DNA of 64,000 nt from an uncultured virus (IMG/VR IMGVR_UViG_3300042564_001198) (Duplodnaviria > Heunggongvirae > Uroviricota > Caudoviricetes): the IMG/VR virus record IMGVR_UViG_3300042564_001198. One strand, written 5' to 3'. Positions 8,532 through 18,451 of the stretch are shown one piece after another. Made by a program: the position numbers and the translations under genes. Position 1 is the stretch's first letter; every line of letters starts with the position of its first letter. Below the pieces are notes generated by a model that saw only the letters and a program-made list of their open reading frames with translations, had not been told where the DNA came from and did not search any database.

Positions 8532-8741
8532 ATGAAGAATTTAGCTTATAGTACAGTGTTTTTTCTAATTATGAACGTGATGGTTGCTATCATCATGGCT
8601 GTATCAGGATTTAACTTTACGTTCCCTAATCCAGATATTCCTGAAGTGCATGGATATTATCTGTGGTATGGATGTTTTGAGTTTATTGTCGTGTTAGGTA
8701 CATTGTTGTTTGCTGAACACATTTGGAACAAGAATGATTGA
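8532..8741 (+). CDS. Small membrane protein
   Basis: Two hydrophobic segments, GGAGG RBS. Confidence 0.75.
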   Translation: MKNLAYSTVFFLIMNVMVAIIMAVSGFNFTFPNPDIPEVHGYYLWYGCFEFIVVLGTLLFAEHIWNKND

Positions 8742-8970
8742 TTTCAACAGCTTGCCAGAAATATTACAGAAGTTCTTGACAGAACTGAACAAGCAGTATA
8801 AGATTGCTGCCATATCTGCTGTGGATGGTGATGGTGCTTACAAAGAGTATCAGGTGGCCTGTAAAGGTAAAGTGTTTTATATTTACCACCATCTAATCAA
8901 AGATGAGTGGACATGGAAAGAACGTGGTAGTATGAGCTTTCCTAAACAATTGATGATTGAGGAGAAATGA
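8734..8970 (+). CDS. Hypothetical protein
   Basis: ORF track 8710-8970; internal ATG preferred. Confidence 0.7.
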   Translation: MIDFNSLPEILQKFLTELNKQYKIAAISAVDGDGAYKEYQVACKGKVFYIYHHLIKDEWTWKERGSMSFPKQLMIEEK

Positions 8971-8971
8971 T

Positions 8972-9415
8972 ATGGGGATGTATACCGAAATTTTTGTGAA
9001 TGTTGATTTGAAACAAGACATCCCTGAAGATGTGTTGTATGTCTTGAAAGGGATGGTTCGAAGTGTTAAGGAAAAGAGTAACTATCACCACCTACCCTTC
9101 AATCATTCTGATGTTGACACAGATGATGCTAAGTTCGTAGAATTAACATCAAAGTTTAGTAACAGATTTCCTTGGTTGTTTTGTAATGGTTCTTACTACA
9201 CACCAAACACAACAGTTGCTGAACTTTCGTATGACTTCATTTCAGAGAGCTGGTCGTTGTTAGGTAAAGGTGACATTAAAAACTACGATGGTGAGATTCA
9301 ACAGTTCTTTGAATGGATTGCTCCTTACTCAGATACAGAATTCTTAGGGTATTCTCGATACGAAGAATGTGATGAACCAACATTGTATTACCGTAAAGAT
9401 TTCTCAGGAGAATAA
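8972..9415 (+). CDS. Conserved phage hypothetical protein
   Basis: MGMYTE...IKNYDGEIQQF...GYSRYEE; GAGGAG RBS. Confidence 0.8.
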   Translation: MGMYTEIFVNVDLKQDIPEDVLYVLKGMVRSVKEKSNYHHLPFNHSDVDTDDAKFVELTSKFSNRFPWLFCNGSYYTPNTTVAELSYDFISESWSLLGKGDIKNYDGEIQQFFEWIAPYSDTEFLGYSRYEECDEPTLYYRKDFSGE

Positions 9416-9586
9416 CCATGTGGGAAGTGAACAGCATTAAAGAGTTGTCTACTCAAACCCTGTCAGCCCTTCGAGCCTTGAGGTGCGATACAGCTCGTGA
9501 TTTGTCTAAAGAACTTAATGATGTGATGGCAGAGATTGATTTGATTGACCATGAGTTGAAGCTGAGAAAAGACAAGGATACGTCAA

Positions 9587-9874
9587 ATGACCATTGAACA
9601 AAAACGTCAACAGATTCTTGACATCTTAGAATATTTCGGATTTGAAACGGTATTCAGTAATGAGATATTCTCCGTAACAGTAGGAGACAGTGTATATGGT
9701 ACTTGTCAGATAAATTATCAGTACGGTAAACATGGTGGCTATTTCTCTATACTTGAGTCAAAGAATGGCAATGCTTACGATTTCAATCTATCAGGTATTC
9801 GTAGTAATGACTTTGAGAAAGTGAAGGGTGCATTCTGGTTGTATTGTAAATTGGTTAAGGAGTATTGCAGTTGA
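9587..9874 (+). CDS. Hypothetical protein
   Basis: 95 aa ORF. Confidence 0.7.
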   Translation: MTIEQKRQQILDILEYFGFETVFSNEIFSVTVGDSVYGTCQINYQYGKHGGYFSILESKNGNAYDFNLSGIRSNDFEKVKGAFWLYCKLVKEYCS

Positions 9875-11745
9875 GTAAAGATAGTGGGGATTTTGTAGGA
9901 CATTTCCACTGCATAGGTAGTGAGTGTTCTAATAAACATGACTGTCATAGCAGTGACGGGTTAGCGATTTATCAACACACAGATGAAAACGATGTAGTCA
10001 CGTATGACGGGTTTTGTTGGTCATGTAGCCAATATTATTCATCTACGGATATTGGTAACTCATCTATTGCTGGAGATTTGGGGATCGAAGGTGGAGTTGT
10101 AGTAAACGCAAACAAAGTTACCGCTAAGCCTAAAAAAGAACCTATGACTAAAGATGAAGTCATCAACTTCATTAAAGAAATTGGTTACATTGGTAATGGT
10201 ATTCGTGGTATAAAAGATGAGTATAACCAATTCTACGGGCATTTAACTAAACTTGATAATGAAGGTAATCCCGTAGTCCGGTTCTATCCTGAAACTTCCG
10301 AAGGCAAAGTTACTGGGTATAAATCCAGAATCTTCCCAAAGAAATTCGGTATGTTGAACAAAGGTCGTACAGGAATTAAGTCTGAGTTATCTGGTCAGGT
10401 AAAGTTTAAAGCTGGTGGTAAGTATTTACTTATTTGCGGCGGAGAGGAAGATAAGGTAGCCGCATTCCAGATGCTACGTGACAATCAAATTAAACGGGGG
10501 CAGAAAGACTTTGAACCTATCGCGGTAGTTAGCCCTACTACGGGGGAAGGTAGTGCAGTAAAGCAGATTGCAGCTCAGTATGACTTCTGTAATTTATTCG
10601 AGAATATTATCTTAGGTTTAGATAACGATGATGTAGGTAAAGAAGCTATGGCAGAGATTGCCAAAGTATTGCCAGCAGATAAAGTAAAAATTGCATTGTG
10701 GACTATGAAAGACCCTAACAAGATGTTAGAATCTGGAAAGCAAGAGCAGTTTGTGCGAGACTTCTTCAGTGCAAAACCTTATCTCGATGACGGTATTATT
10801 TCCTCTATTGATGCAGATGATGGGTTGGAATCGGAGTTATCCAGACCTAAGATTAAGTTACCAGAGTTTATGTCTGATTTACAAAAAGCATTCTCAGGTG
10901 GAATCCCATTAGGTTATTGGGTAAACTGGATCGCTGGGACAGGCGCTGGTAAAACTACTACGGTTAACGAAGCCATTCGTGAATGGATTTATACTTCACC
11001 CTATAAGGTTGGGATCGTTAGTCTAGAGTTAACTGCTGCACAGTATATGATTGCAATGCTGAGCCGTGAGGTTGGGTATAAAATTAACTTGATTGATTCC
11101 CCAGAAAAAGCTGTAGAGTTTATCAGACAACCTCATGTAGTAGAAGCACGTAATCATTTAAAGATGAACGAGTTCGGAGAAGAACGTTTTGCGTTGTTAG
11201 ATGATCGGGAAGGCAGTCTTGACAATGTTAAGAAACAAATTGAACGGCTGATTAAGAAACATGGCTGTCAGTTGATCGTTATAGACCCGCTTAACGATTT
11301 GTTTGATGCTTCTACATGGGATGAACAGACAGCATTTATCAAATGGATGAAGACCATGCTGAAATCCGGTATTACATTCTCTTGTGTTTGTCACGTAAGA
11401 AAAGGTAATGTATCTACAGATAAACACGGTAAGCGTATTGAACGAGAGCTTACGGAAGATGACGTGTCGGGCTTGTCGCTCGTAACAAAAAGTGCGGGGG
11501 CTAATATTTTCTTAAATCGTTCAAAATACGCAGAAGATCCTATAGTTCAAAACACAACTAAAGTAACATTAGGTAAGTGTCGTTGGACAGGGGTAACGGG
11601 TGTAGTTGGAAGTTGGTATTATGACTTGCAAACACACACAATGCACAATTATAATACATTCTTTAATCAACAGCCACCAGACTTTACGGATAATTATTAT
11701 CCCGCTGGTGAAGATGATGAAATAGACGTAACCAATCTTTTCTAA
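9865..11745 (+). CDS. DNA primase-helicase (T7 gp4-like)
   Basis: Cys-rich Zn domain, TOPRIM (GGEED, LDNDDVG, KDPN), Walker A GTGAGKTT, SLE, IVIDP, KCRWTG. Confidence 0.93.
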   Translation: MQLSKDSGDFVGHFHCIGSECSNKHDCHSSDGLAIYQHTDENDVVTYDGFCWSCSQYYSSTDIGNSSIAGDLGIEGGVVVNANKVTAKPKKEPMTKDEVINFIKEIGYIGNGIRGIKDEYNQFYGHLTKLDNEGNPVVRFYPETSEGKVTGYKSRIFPKKFGMLNKGRTGIKSELSGQVKFKAGGKYLLICGGEEDKVAAFQMLRDNQIKRGQKDFEPIAVVSPTTGEGSAVKQIAAQYDFCNLFENIILGLDNDDVGKEAMAEIAKVLPADKVKIALWTMKDPNKMLESGKQEQFVRDFFSAKPYLDDGIISSIDADDGLESELSRPKIKLPEFMSDLQKAFSGGIPLGYWVNWIAGTGAGKTTTVNEAIREWIYTSPYKVGIVSLELTAAQYMIAMLSREVGYKINLIDSPEKAVEFIRQPHVVEARNHLKMNEFGEERFALLDDREGSLDNVKKQIERLIKKHGCQLIVIDPLNDLFDASTWDEQTAFIKWMKTMLKSGITFSCVCHVRKGNVSTDKHGKRIERELTEDDVSGLSLVTKSAGANIFLNRSKYAEDPIVQNTTKVTLGKCRWTGVTGVVGSWYYDLQTHTMHNYNTFFNQQPPDFTDNYYPAGEDDEIDVTNLF

Positions 11746-11753
11746 GGAGATTT

Positions 11754-14225
11754 ATGTTAGAGTATCGCAATTTAAAATTAGCCAGTGATATAGAAGCAAA
11801 GGGTTTCTATGATGTAGTAAATTCTAAAGAGGATATTCACTGTCTGTGTTCTGTTGATATTGACACAGGTAAAGTGATACTCTTTCATAATAACCCTGAG
11901 TTTGATAATGTAGTTGTTGTAGATCCTTACGACAATAAAGAGTACACAATACCTAAACGTTCAGGTACATTGGATGAAGGTATTGCATTTTGGAGTAATG
12001 CAGCAAATAACGGTAGCTTGCTAATTATCCATAACTGTCATACATATGACAGACCAGTTATTGATAAGATTTGGCCGGAGAATACAATACCTTTTGATAG
12101 TTACCATGATACGTTTATCCAGAGTAAACTACAGTGGTTTGAACGTCCTTGCCCTAAAGGTGCAAAATCTCCACATGGGTTAAAAGCTTGGGGTATTAAG
12201 TGCGGGATTAATAAACCAGAGATCACTGATTGGTCTACAATGGATGCTTTCAAATTACACAGGGTTATTGAAGACTGTAAGATCCAAGCGCAAACATATT
12301 TGATGTTAGAGAAGGAACGTAACTACTTACGAGACACCTACGGTATTGATTTTACCTACGCTCTTAAAGTAGAAGCGTTGTACGCACATGAATGTTTTCT
12401 ACAAGAAACCACAGGTGTTATGGTAGATATTGACCATATCAAACGCTGCATTGATGACTTGGATATTAAGATTGAAGTATTACGTGCGGAGATTGAACCA
12501 CAACTACCACCTACGATTAAAGGTGCTACAACAAAAGTATCTCGTAAAGAGATGGCAGAGTTGTTTGGTTTTGATTCAAGTAAGATTGTAGAATCTACAT
12601 CTCAAAGGAAGAAAGATGGTGAAGTGGTTACAGTAGTAGATAAACCTTATTATAAACCTACTATTAACTTTACTTCTAAGGAGAAGGTAAACCAATACTA
12701 CGGGTTTAATTTATCTTACGGCGCTACACCAGTATTCAATAAGAAGAAAGATTTAACTGATTGGATTAAAGCAAGTTACCCAGAGACTAAGAACAAAGAC
12801 TGGGATATTGAAAAGAAAGAAGTGGTAACTGAAGTTATTAACTCACATACATGCAATTGGTTTGGAGTAGAACCTACAGATACGCATATTATTTCTGGGC
12901 CATTTACACGTATCGAGATTGAACCGTCTACCATGACACAATCCGATATAGTGAAAGCGTTTTTAATTAAACTTGGTTGGAAGGATGCGGATTCTTGGAA
13001 CATACGGAAAGATGCTTATGACAATTGGATTAAAGCAGAACAAGATGTAGAGGTACGGTGGCCTGAAAAGGCGTTACCGGAACATCAGTTAGTTAAGTTT
13101 GTTAAGAAAGGCGAATACTTGGTTAGTAGTCCTAAATTAACTGACGATGATTACGACCAGCTCCCAGAAGGTTTAGGTAAAAAGATCGCGGAGTATAACA
13201 CGTATCAACACAGACGTAGATTCTTAGAAAATCCGGAAGACCCTGAGAATAAAGGATTGTTAAGCTATGTCCGTGAGGATGGGCGTATTCCAGCAGGAGT
13301 TAATAATTTCGCTACTCGTAGTGGCCGTGGTGCCCAGAGGATTTGGGTTAATGCCCCTTCAGATAGCGCTTTGTATGGTAAAGAAATTAGACAGAGTGTT
13401 ATTTGTCCTAAAGGTAAAGTATTGGTAGGTATTGATATGAAGTCTGCACAGTTATCCATTGCAGCGTATTATGCTAATAACTATGAATACTATAATAACG
13501 TAGCTTCTGGAATGGAGTATTCAGAAGATGGTAAATATTTAGGACAGACAGCACACTGTGTAAACGCTCGTATGTTCGGCATGGTGTCAGAAGTGGATTG
13601 GCAATCTGCTGTGGAGACTCAAGATAAAGAGTTAATCCACAAAATAACCTTGAAACGTAAGGCAAGCAAGGGTGGTAGTTTCGCTGTAATCTTCGGTGCA
13701 TCAGGTAAGAAGGTGGCTAAAACTATTGGAATCCCTGAGAAAGAAGGTGCTAAACGTAAAGACCAGTTCTTAAAACAGATGGGTCTTGACAACACGATTA
13801 AAGCATTGTCTTTGTATGAAGATAAATTCAAGTACAAGGGTGGTTTCTATTTACCATTAGCCTTTGGGTATTGGTTATGGAATAACAGTAGCCATAAGAG
13901 TGTTAACACCATCGTTCAGGGTTTTGAAGCTTTAGCTCAGAAAATGGCAGCAATCCGTTTAGGTAAAGAGTTAGACAGGTTAGGTTTACGTAATCATATT
14001 AAACGTGTATTAGACGTGCATGACGAAACTTTATTAGAAGTTTCAATAGGTTACGAGGAACAGGCAGGTAAACTTGGAGGTTCTTGTTACACTTGGGCTG
14101 CTGAGCAGATATTCAAGTATCACAGAAAAACTCCTGAACACTTTGCTAACCACACACCACCACAGTTCGCTATTGACCTCAATGGAGGTTATAAAGTGGG
14201 TGAAAATTATTATGATGTCCACTAA
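11754..14225 (+). CDS. Family A DNA polymerase with 3'-5' exonuclease
   Basis: SDIEA exo I, TRSGR, motif A GIDMKSAQL, motif B RKASKGGSFAVIFG, motif C VHDE. Confidence 0.95.
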   Translation: MLEYRNLKLASDIEAKGFYDVVNSKEDIHCLCSVDIDTGKVILFHNNPEFDNVVVVDPYDNKEYTIPKRSGTLDEGIAFWSNAANNGSLLIIHNCHTYDRPVIDKIWPENTIPFDSYHDTFIQSKLQWFERPCPKGAKSPHGLKAWGIKCGINKPEITDWSTMDAFKLHRVIEDCKIQAQTYLMLEKERNYLRDTYGIDFTYALKVEALYAHECFLQETTGVMVDIDHIKRCIDDLDIKIEVLRAEIEPQLPPTIKGATTKVSRKEMAELFGFDSSKIVESTSQRKKDGEVVTVVDKPYYKPTINFTSKEKVNQYYGFNLSYGATPVFNKKKDLTDWIKASYPETKNKDWDIEKKEVVTEVINSHTCNWFGVEPTDTHIISGPFTRIEIEPSTMTQSDIVKAFLIKLGWKDADSWNIRKDAYDNWIKAEQDVEVRWPEKALPEHQLVKFVKKGEYLVSSPKLTDDDYDQLPEGLGKKIAEYNTYQHRRRFLENPEDPENKGLLSYVREDGRIPAGVNNFATRSGRGAQRIWVNAPSDSALYGKEIRQSVICPKGKVLVGIDMKSAQLSIAAYYANNYEYYNNVASGMEYSEDGKYLGQTAHCVNARMFGMVSEVDWQSAVETQDKELIHKITLKRKASKGGSFAVIFGASGKKVAKTIGIPEKEGAKRKDQFLKQMGLDNTIKALSLYEDKFKYKGGFYLPLAFGYWLWNNSSHKSVNTIVQGFEALAQKMAAIRLGKELDRLGLRNHIKRVLDVHDETLLEVSIGYEEQAGKLGGSCYTWAAEQIFKYHRKTPEHFANHTPPQFAIDLNGGYKVGENYYDVH

Positions 14226-14233
14226 GAGGTACT

Positions 14234-15274
14234 ATGGAGTTCTTTAAAAAGGAGATACCGGTGGAGTTTAATAACGCTTCAGGTATTTATAAAATAGTTA
14301 ATGGCGTCAATGGCAAAGTCTATATTGGGAAAACTATAAACTTCCGCAAAAGATACGCCAACTATAAAGCAGGGTATAAGAAACAAGATGTTAGAAAGAT
14401 AAATGAGTATTTTCTTAACGCTATAAACAAACATAGTCCAGAAAATTTTACATTTAGCATTGTAGAGGTATGCGATCCATCTTTGGCTGCCGAAAGAGAA
14501 ATGTATTGGATACAAGAGTTTTGTGCTTTAGACCCTAAGCGCGGGTATAACCTACGTTTAGACTCAAGCACCGGACTTATCGTAGATGCCAGAACACGAG
14601 ATAAAATTTCAAAAAGAATTTTAAAGGAGTTTGAAGATGGAACACGAAGTCCCGAAAAAGTATCTGAATTCTTTTCAGATTTCTGGAAGAATAACCCTTG
14701 CGTGAAAGAGGGGATGAAGGTTGCAGTAAGTGCAGCTAATTGTTCTTTCTTTCTACAGAAAACTATGGAGAATATACCTATAACTTTATGGCAAGGTATT
14801 AATCAAGTTATTGAGAACAATCAAGGTTTTAAGTTTCAAAATATTTATGCGGCTTGCAACGGATCTAAAAAGTCCTATAGGGGTTATAAGTGGGAGAGGT
14901 TTGAATCATTACCCGCTGAGTATGAACACCTTTTATCGGATTTACCGTTTTCTTATGGTAACGCAAGGTTTAAACAAGAAAAGAGTTTGTTCGAGCAAGA
15001 AAGCTCTCCTACAAAAGCGATGGTTGTTTATAAAGTCTATTGCAATGGTAATAAATTTGTGGTACTTTATAGAGGTCTGGGCGTTATAGCTGCTGCGGTA
15101 TCTTCCGCTATGTGTAGGCACCAAACTTCTGAAGTTAACGCTAAAGGGTTTAAGGTTATAAAAGAACGGTTCGACGAGTCAATCGCAGATTTTGATTTCT
15201 TAAACAGTGAAGCGGAGAGACTTAAAACTTTTATAGAAAATTCTTCACAAGAAGATGTTGACACAACGGAATAA
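14234..15274 (+). CDS. Free-standing GIY-YIG (Seg-like) homing endonuclease
   Basis: SGIYKI...VYIGKT...R...ERE...GYNL, NUMOD1-like C-terminal part; directly after pol. Confidence 0.9.
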   Translation: MEFFKKEIPVEFNNASGIYKIVNGVNGKVYIGKTINFRKRYANYKAGYKKQDVRKINEYFLNAINKHSPENFTFSIVEVCDPSLAAEREMYWIQEFCALDPKRGYNLRLDSSTGLIVDARTRDKISKRILKEFEDGTRSPEKVSEFFSDFWKNNPCVKEGMKVAVSAANCSFFLQKTMENIPITLWQGINQVIENNQGFKFQNIYAACNGSKKSYRGYKWERFESLPAEYEHLLSDLPFSYGNARFKQEKSLFEQESSPTKAMVVYKVYCNGNKFVVLYRGLGVIAAAVSSAMCRHQTSEVNAKGFKVIKERFDESIADFDFLNSEAERLKTFIENSSQEDVDTTE

Positions 15275-15285
15275 CGTGCTATAAT
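15258..15285 (+). promoter_or_regulatory. sigma70-type promoter
   Basis: TTGACA-N16-TATAAT with TG extension; overlaps the end of the endonuclease ORF. Confidence 0.8.
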
Positions 15286-15314
15286 TTCTGCACGTTTTAA
15301 CAAAGGAGAAGTTT

Positions 15315-15443
15315 ATGAATAAATATATGGTCGGAATTATTTTTATGTCAAACGGAAAGTTATGTTCATACGGTGGTTCTTGTGAATACAATCCTCCGTG
15401 GGGAGGCTGCACTTTTGCAGGTTATTGTAAGTTTCAGGTTTAA
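15315..15443 (+). CDS. Small Cys-rich protein (42 aa)
   Basis: AAGGAG RBS; ...LCSYGGSCEYNPPWGGCTFAGYCKFQV. Confidence 0.55.
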   Translation: MNKYMVGIIFMSNGKLCSYGGSCEYNPPWGGCTFAGYCKFQV

Positions 15444-15460
15444 CAAAGGAGAGAAATAAA

Positions 15461-15658
15461 ATGCGTAATACACAGAATTGGCCTGTTGGTCTAGCGTTAA
15501 CTTACTTCGCTGCGGTAATCGGCTTAGTGATTGGTTGGATTATGAATATCGTAGCTCTTGTAGGCGGTCCAGAATTAGCTCAATGGACAACGCTAGAAGT
15601 GTTGCGAGTGGTTGGTATTTTCGTAGCACCTCTTGGTGGTGTGCTGGGTTGGTTATAA
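15461..15658 (+). CDS. Small membrane protein
   Basis: GWIMNI...RVVGIFVAPLGGVLGW, two TM segments. Confidence 0.8.
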   Translation: MRNTQNWPVGLALTYFAAVIGLVIGWIMNIVALVGGPELAQWTTLEVLRVVGIFVAPLGGVLGWL

Positions 15659-15670
15659 TTAAGGAGAGAA

Positions 15671-15925
15671 ATGATGCTGTTAGATATTAAAGATTTACAA
15701 GTTGGTAAAACATATCGACACGTTGCTGGCGAACTCCACCCTTACTTCAAGTTCACTGGTGATACTTTCACGGTGAATGATATTGACGAAGATGGCGATG
15801 TCGCCACATTAGATTCTACTTGGAGAGGAGCTACGCTGGGGATTGGCTGGTTTATCACAGATGACAAGTCAGATGACTCTTTAACAGAAGAAAACGGTAT
15901 TTTAAAATTTGAGGAGGTAGTATAA
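15671..15925 (+). CDS. Hypothetical protein
   Basis: 84 aa, AAGGAG RBS. Confidence 0.75.
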   Translation: MMLLDIKDLQVGKTYRHVAGELHPYFKFTGDTFTVNDIDEDGDVATLDSTWRGATLGIGWFITDDKSDDSLTEENGILKFEEVV

Positions 15926-15926
15926 C

Positions 15927-16115
15927 ATGCAAGATTTACAACAATTTGAATTGACACAGCAGCTTATCTATATCGAGAATTTCTATGATGATTTGAGTAG
16001 CAATCGTTTTGCGAATGCCCCAGATTATCAGAAGAAACGTAACCTAATTGAAACAACAATCAGTGGTCGTAGTAAGATTTACGCTTTGCTGAGTCGTTTC
16101 AATAATCAGAATTAA
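15927..16115 (+). CDS. Hypothetical protein
   Basis: 62 aa, GGAGG RBS. Confidence 0.7.
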   Translation: MQDLQQFELTQQLIYIENFYDDLSSNRFANAPDYQKKRNLIETTISGRSKIYALLSRFNNQN

Positions 16116-16199
16116 CGTAGAACATTATCAAATACGAGAGTATTTTAATTTGTAAAGCAGCCTAATGGCTAATATTAATCAATATGAGGTAATTTAAGA

Positions 16200-17129
16200 A
16201 TGGCTTATAAACCACAACAAAACAATCAATCTGAACGTAAACAAAACACTGGTATCGCGCCTAATGGTGTAGCTTACAAATACCCAGTGCCTGAAGGTGG
16301 AAACCAAGCAGCCCGTATCAGCTTGATTGTAAATATCGGTACACAGAAACGTTTTTATGAAGATAAAGACACTGGGGAAATCACAGAGAAGAAGCCAGCA
16401 CAGCAGGTTGTAGTGTTTGCTGATTTAGTAGACCAAGTGGTTGATTACGGCGGGGACATCGGAGAGAAACAATATCGTCTGATGCTGAACAACAGCTTCA
16501 AGGGTGATGTTAAGGGTGTGGATTTCATCGGTATGCCCCCTCGTGATGCTGATGGTAATATTATCAGTGGTCGTGAATGGACATTTCATCCAACCAGTTT
16601 GCTGACTAAGATTGCTAAAGCAACTGGTTGTGACAACATTCTTGGTGTAGATCGTGATAACAATATGGACATTTACCAATTGTTAGGTAAAGCTTTCTAC
16701 GCAGATGTTCAGGTCAATCGTACTGACTCTGGTAAAAAGAATGACAAAGGTGAACCAATCATCTATAATAACGTTAACTTCAAAGGTGCAAGTAAATTGC
16801 CAATGGTTAAAGGTAAGCCGTTAGAAGTAGAAGATTTGCAAGTAGAACCATTGATTCTTGACCACAATAATGTCACAGAACAAACTGTTGTGTATTTACG
16901 TGGTAAAGTGTTGCAAATGATGAAGCTTGCCCCTGAGTATCAAGGTAGTAAGTTACAGAAGTTGGTGGAGGTAGAGAACACTGCACCAAACGCAGCAGGA
17001 AGCTCTACAGGCGACGACGCACCTTCGGTGACATCTACACAAGGCTCGGGCAAGAAAGCTGCTACAAAGGCTTCTCAAAGCGTTGTAGATGATATTCCGG
17101 CTGATGATTTGGACTCAGACCCATTCTGA
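16200..17129 (+). CDS. Probable single-stranded DNA-binding protein
   Basis: Replication-module position, flexible tail ending in acidic DDLDSDPF. Confidence 0.6.
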   Translation: MAYKPQQNNQSERKQNTGIAPNGVAYKYPVPEGGNQAARISLIVNIGTQKRFYEDKDTGEITEKKPAQQVVVFADLVDQVVDYGGDIGEKQYRLMLNNSFKGDVKGVDFIGMPPRDADGNIISGREWTFHPTSLLTKIAKATGCDNILGVDRDNNMDIYQLLGKAFYADVQVNRTDSGKKNDKGEPIIYNNVNFKGASKLPMVKGKPLEVEDLQVEPLILDHNNVTEQTVVYLRGKVLQMMKLAPEYQGSKLQKLVEVENTAPNAAGSSTGDDAPSVTSTQGSGKKAATKASQSVVDDIPADDLDSDPF

Positions 17130-17180
17130 TGTAAATGTTGTACGGGCTGTGTAACAGCAGCCCTTGTTTAAGAGGAGATT

Positions 17181-17621
17181 GTGATGGAACAAGAGATTAG
17201 AGAAATGGATTGTCGTGTAGTGGAAGAATATTACTACCCAGATGATAAAGATTATAATTACATTATCCGTCAATATGGATTGGATGGTGAATGGTTTGAA
17301 TATGAAGCCGAAGTTAATTCAGGTAGTGGAATCGGTGCTGATTACCAAGTGTTCATGTCTGACGACTTGGATGAAGTAAGAAACGAAGCTAAGAAATGGC
17401 TTGATACTCTTATTGAAATTGATTTCACTGAAGAATCGTATGAAAGCGAAGAATACGAAGGTTATACTTTATTGGTTAGTGATAAGTTACCTGTAGTAAA
17501 TATCCTGAACAGTGATGGTGTTTTGATTGAAGCAATGTTCAAAGAGAATCATTCTACTGAAGACTTGTTTTTAGTTGGTCAGAATTACGTTGATAGTTTA
17601 ATTAATAAGGAGAGTAAATAA
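17181..17621 (+). CDS. Highly acidic hypothetical protein
   Basis: 146 aa, rich in D/E/Y. Confidence 0.75.
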   Translation: MMEQEIREMDCRVVEEYYYPDDKDYNYIIRQYGLDGEWFEYEAEVNSGSGIGADYQVFMSDDLDEVRNEAKKWLDTLIEIDFTEESYESEEYEGYTLLVSDKLPVVNILNSDGVLIEAMFKENHSTEDLFLVGQNYVDSLINKESK

Positions 17622-17875
17622 TGGCGTTACCTACAGATCCAAAAGTTCGTGAAGTAGTTCGTAAGCGGGTGGTTGAAGCTGCTCAATATCTGCGAGAAGT
17701 AGATACCTTGAAAGAGGACATTAAGCAACTCAGTGCTGCCACCAAAGAAGAATATGATATTGCACCCAAAGAATTCACAGGTTGGGTTAAGGCTGAGTAT
17801 AATGCTCAGAAACTTCAAGACCAGATTGAAACTTTGCAAACCGCCCTTGCTGAGCATGAGATCCTAACGAAGTAA
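17621..17875 (+). CDS. Small helical DNA-binding protein (T4 DsbA/GapR-like, tentative)
   Basis: 84 aa, LKEDIKQL...KEEYDIAPKEF pattern. Confidence 0.5.
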   Translation: MALPTDPKVREVVRKRVVEAAQYLREVDTLKEDIKQLSAATKEEYDIAPKEFTGWVKAEYNAQKLQDQIETLQTALAEHEILTK

Positions 17876-17944
17876 CAATCAGATTAATACACGGGCTGGG
17901 AGCAGAAATGCTTTCGGCCTTTTTCGTTTATATAGGAGAGAATT

Positions 17945-18277
17945 ATGGGTATTGATATTGAAAGTAAATTAATGTTGGTTCCACGAAATCAAGACGCTTT
18001 ACACGAAGCTGTCAAAGCTAAAGCCGATGAAGACTTCGACGGCGACTTCCATACTACTTTAGAAGAACTTGGATTAGATTACGCCAGTCCTTGGTTTGAT
18101 GCAGACATTGAAGATTTAGACATAGGTGTTGAGTTACCTGTTGCACTTTATGAAGACTTAATTGACCAAGAATCTGCTTGGTGGGAGTCGCTGTTCGCAG
18201 CACAAACAATAATTGGAAACATTCTCGGAGAAGAAATTCCTGACACTAAATTAGATAGCTTTCAACACGTTTGGTAA
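17945..18277 (+). CDS. Acidic hypothetical protein
   Basis: 110 aa, ASPWFDAD motif, AGGAG RBS. Confidence 0.75.
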   Translation: MGIDIESKLMLVPRNQDALHEAVKAKADEDFDGDFHTTLEELGLDYASPWFDADIEDLDIGVELPVALYEDLIDQESAWWESLFAAQTIIGNILGEEIPDTKLDSFQHVW

Positions 18278-18451
18278 GGAGGAGAGAAGATGAGTAAAGA
18301 ACAATTAGACCTACTGCACTACATGAACAAAGTACATCAATTAGAGCAGTTGTTAGATGCTTCAGAGAAAGAAAATAAACGACTCAAACGCATTCTTGCA
18401 GAATTGAGTTTTACAGCTAAAGGGTTTCTTAGTAAATTGGAGAGGATTTAG

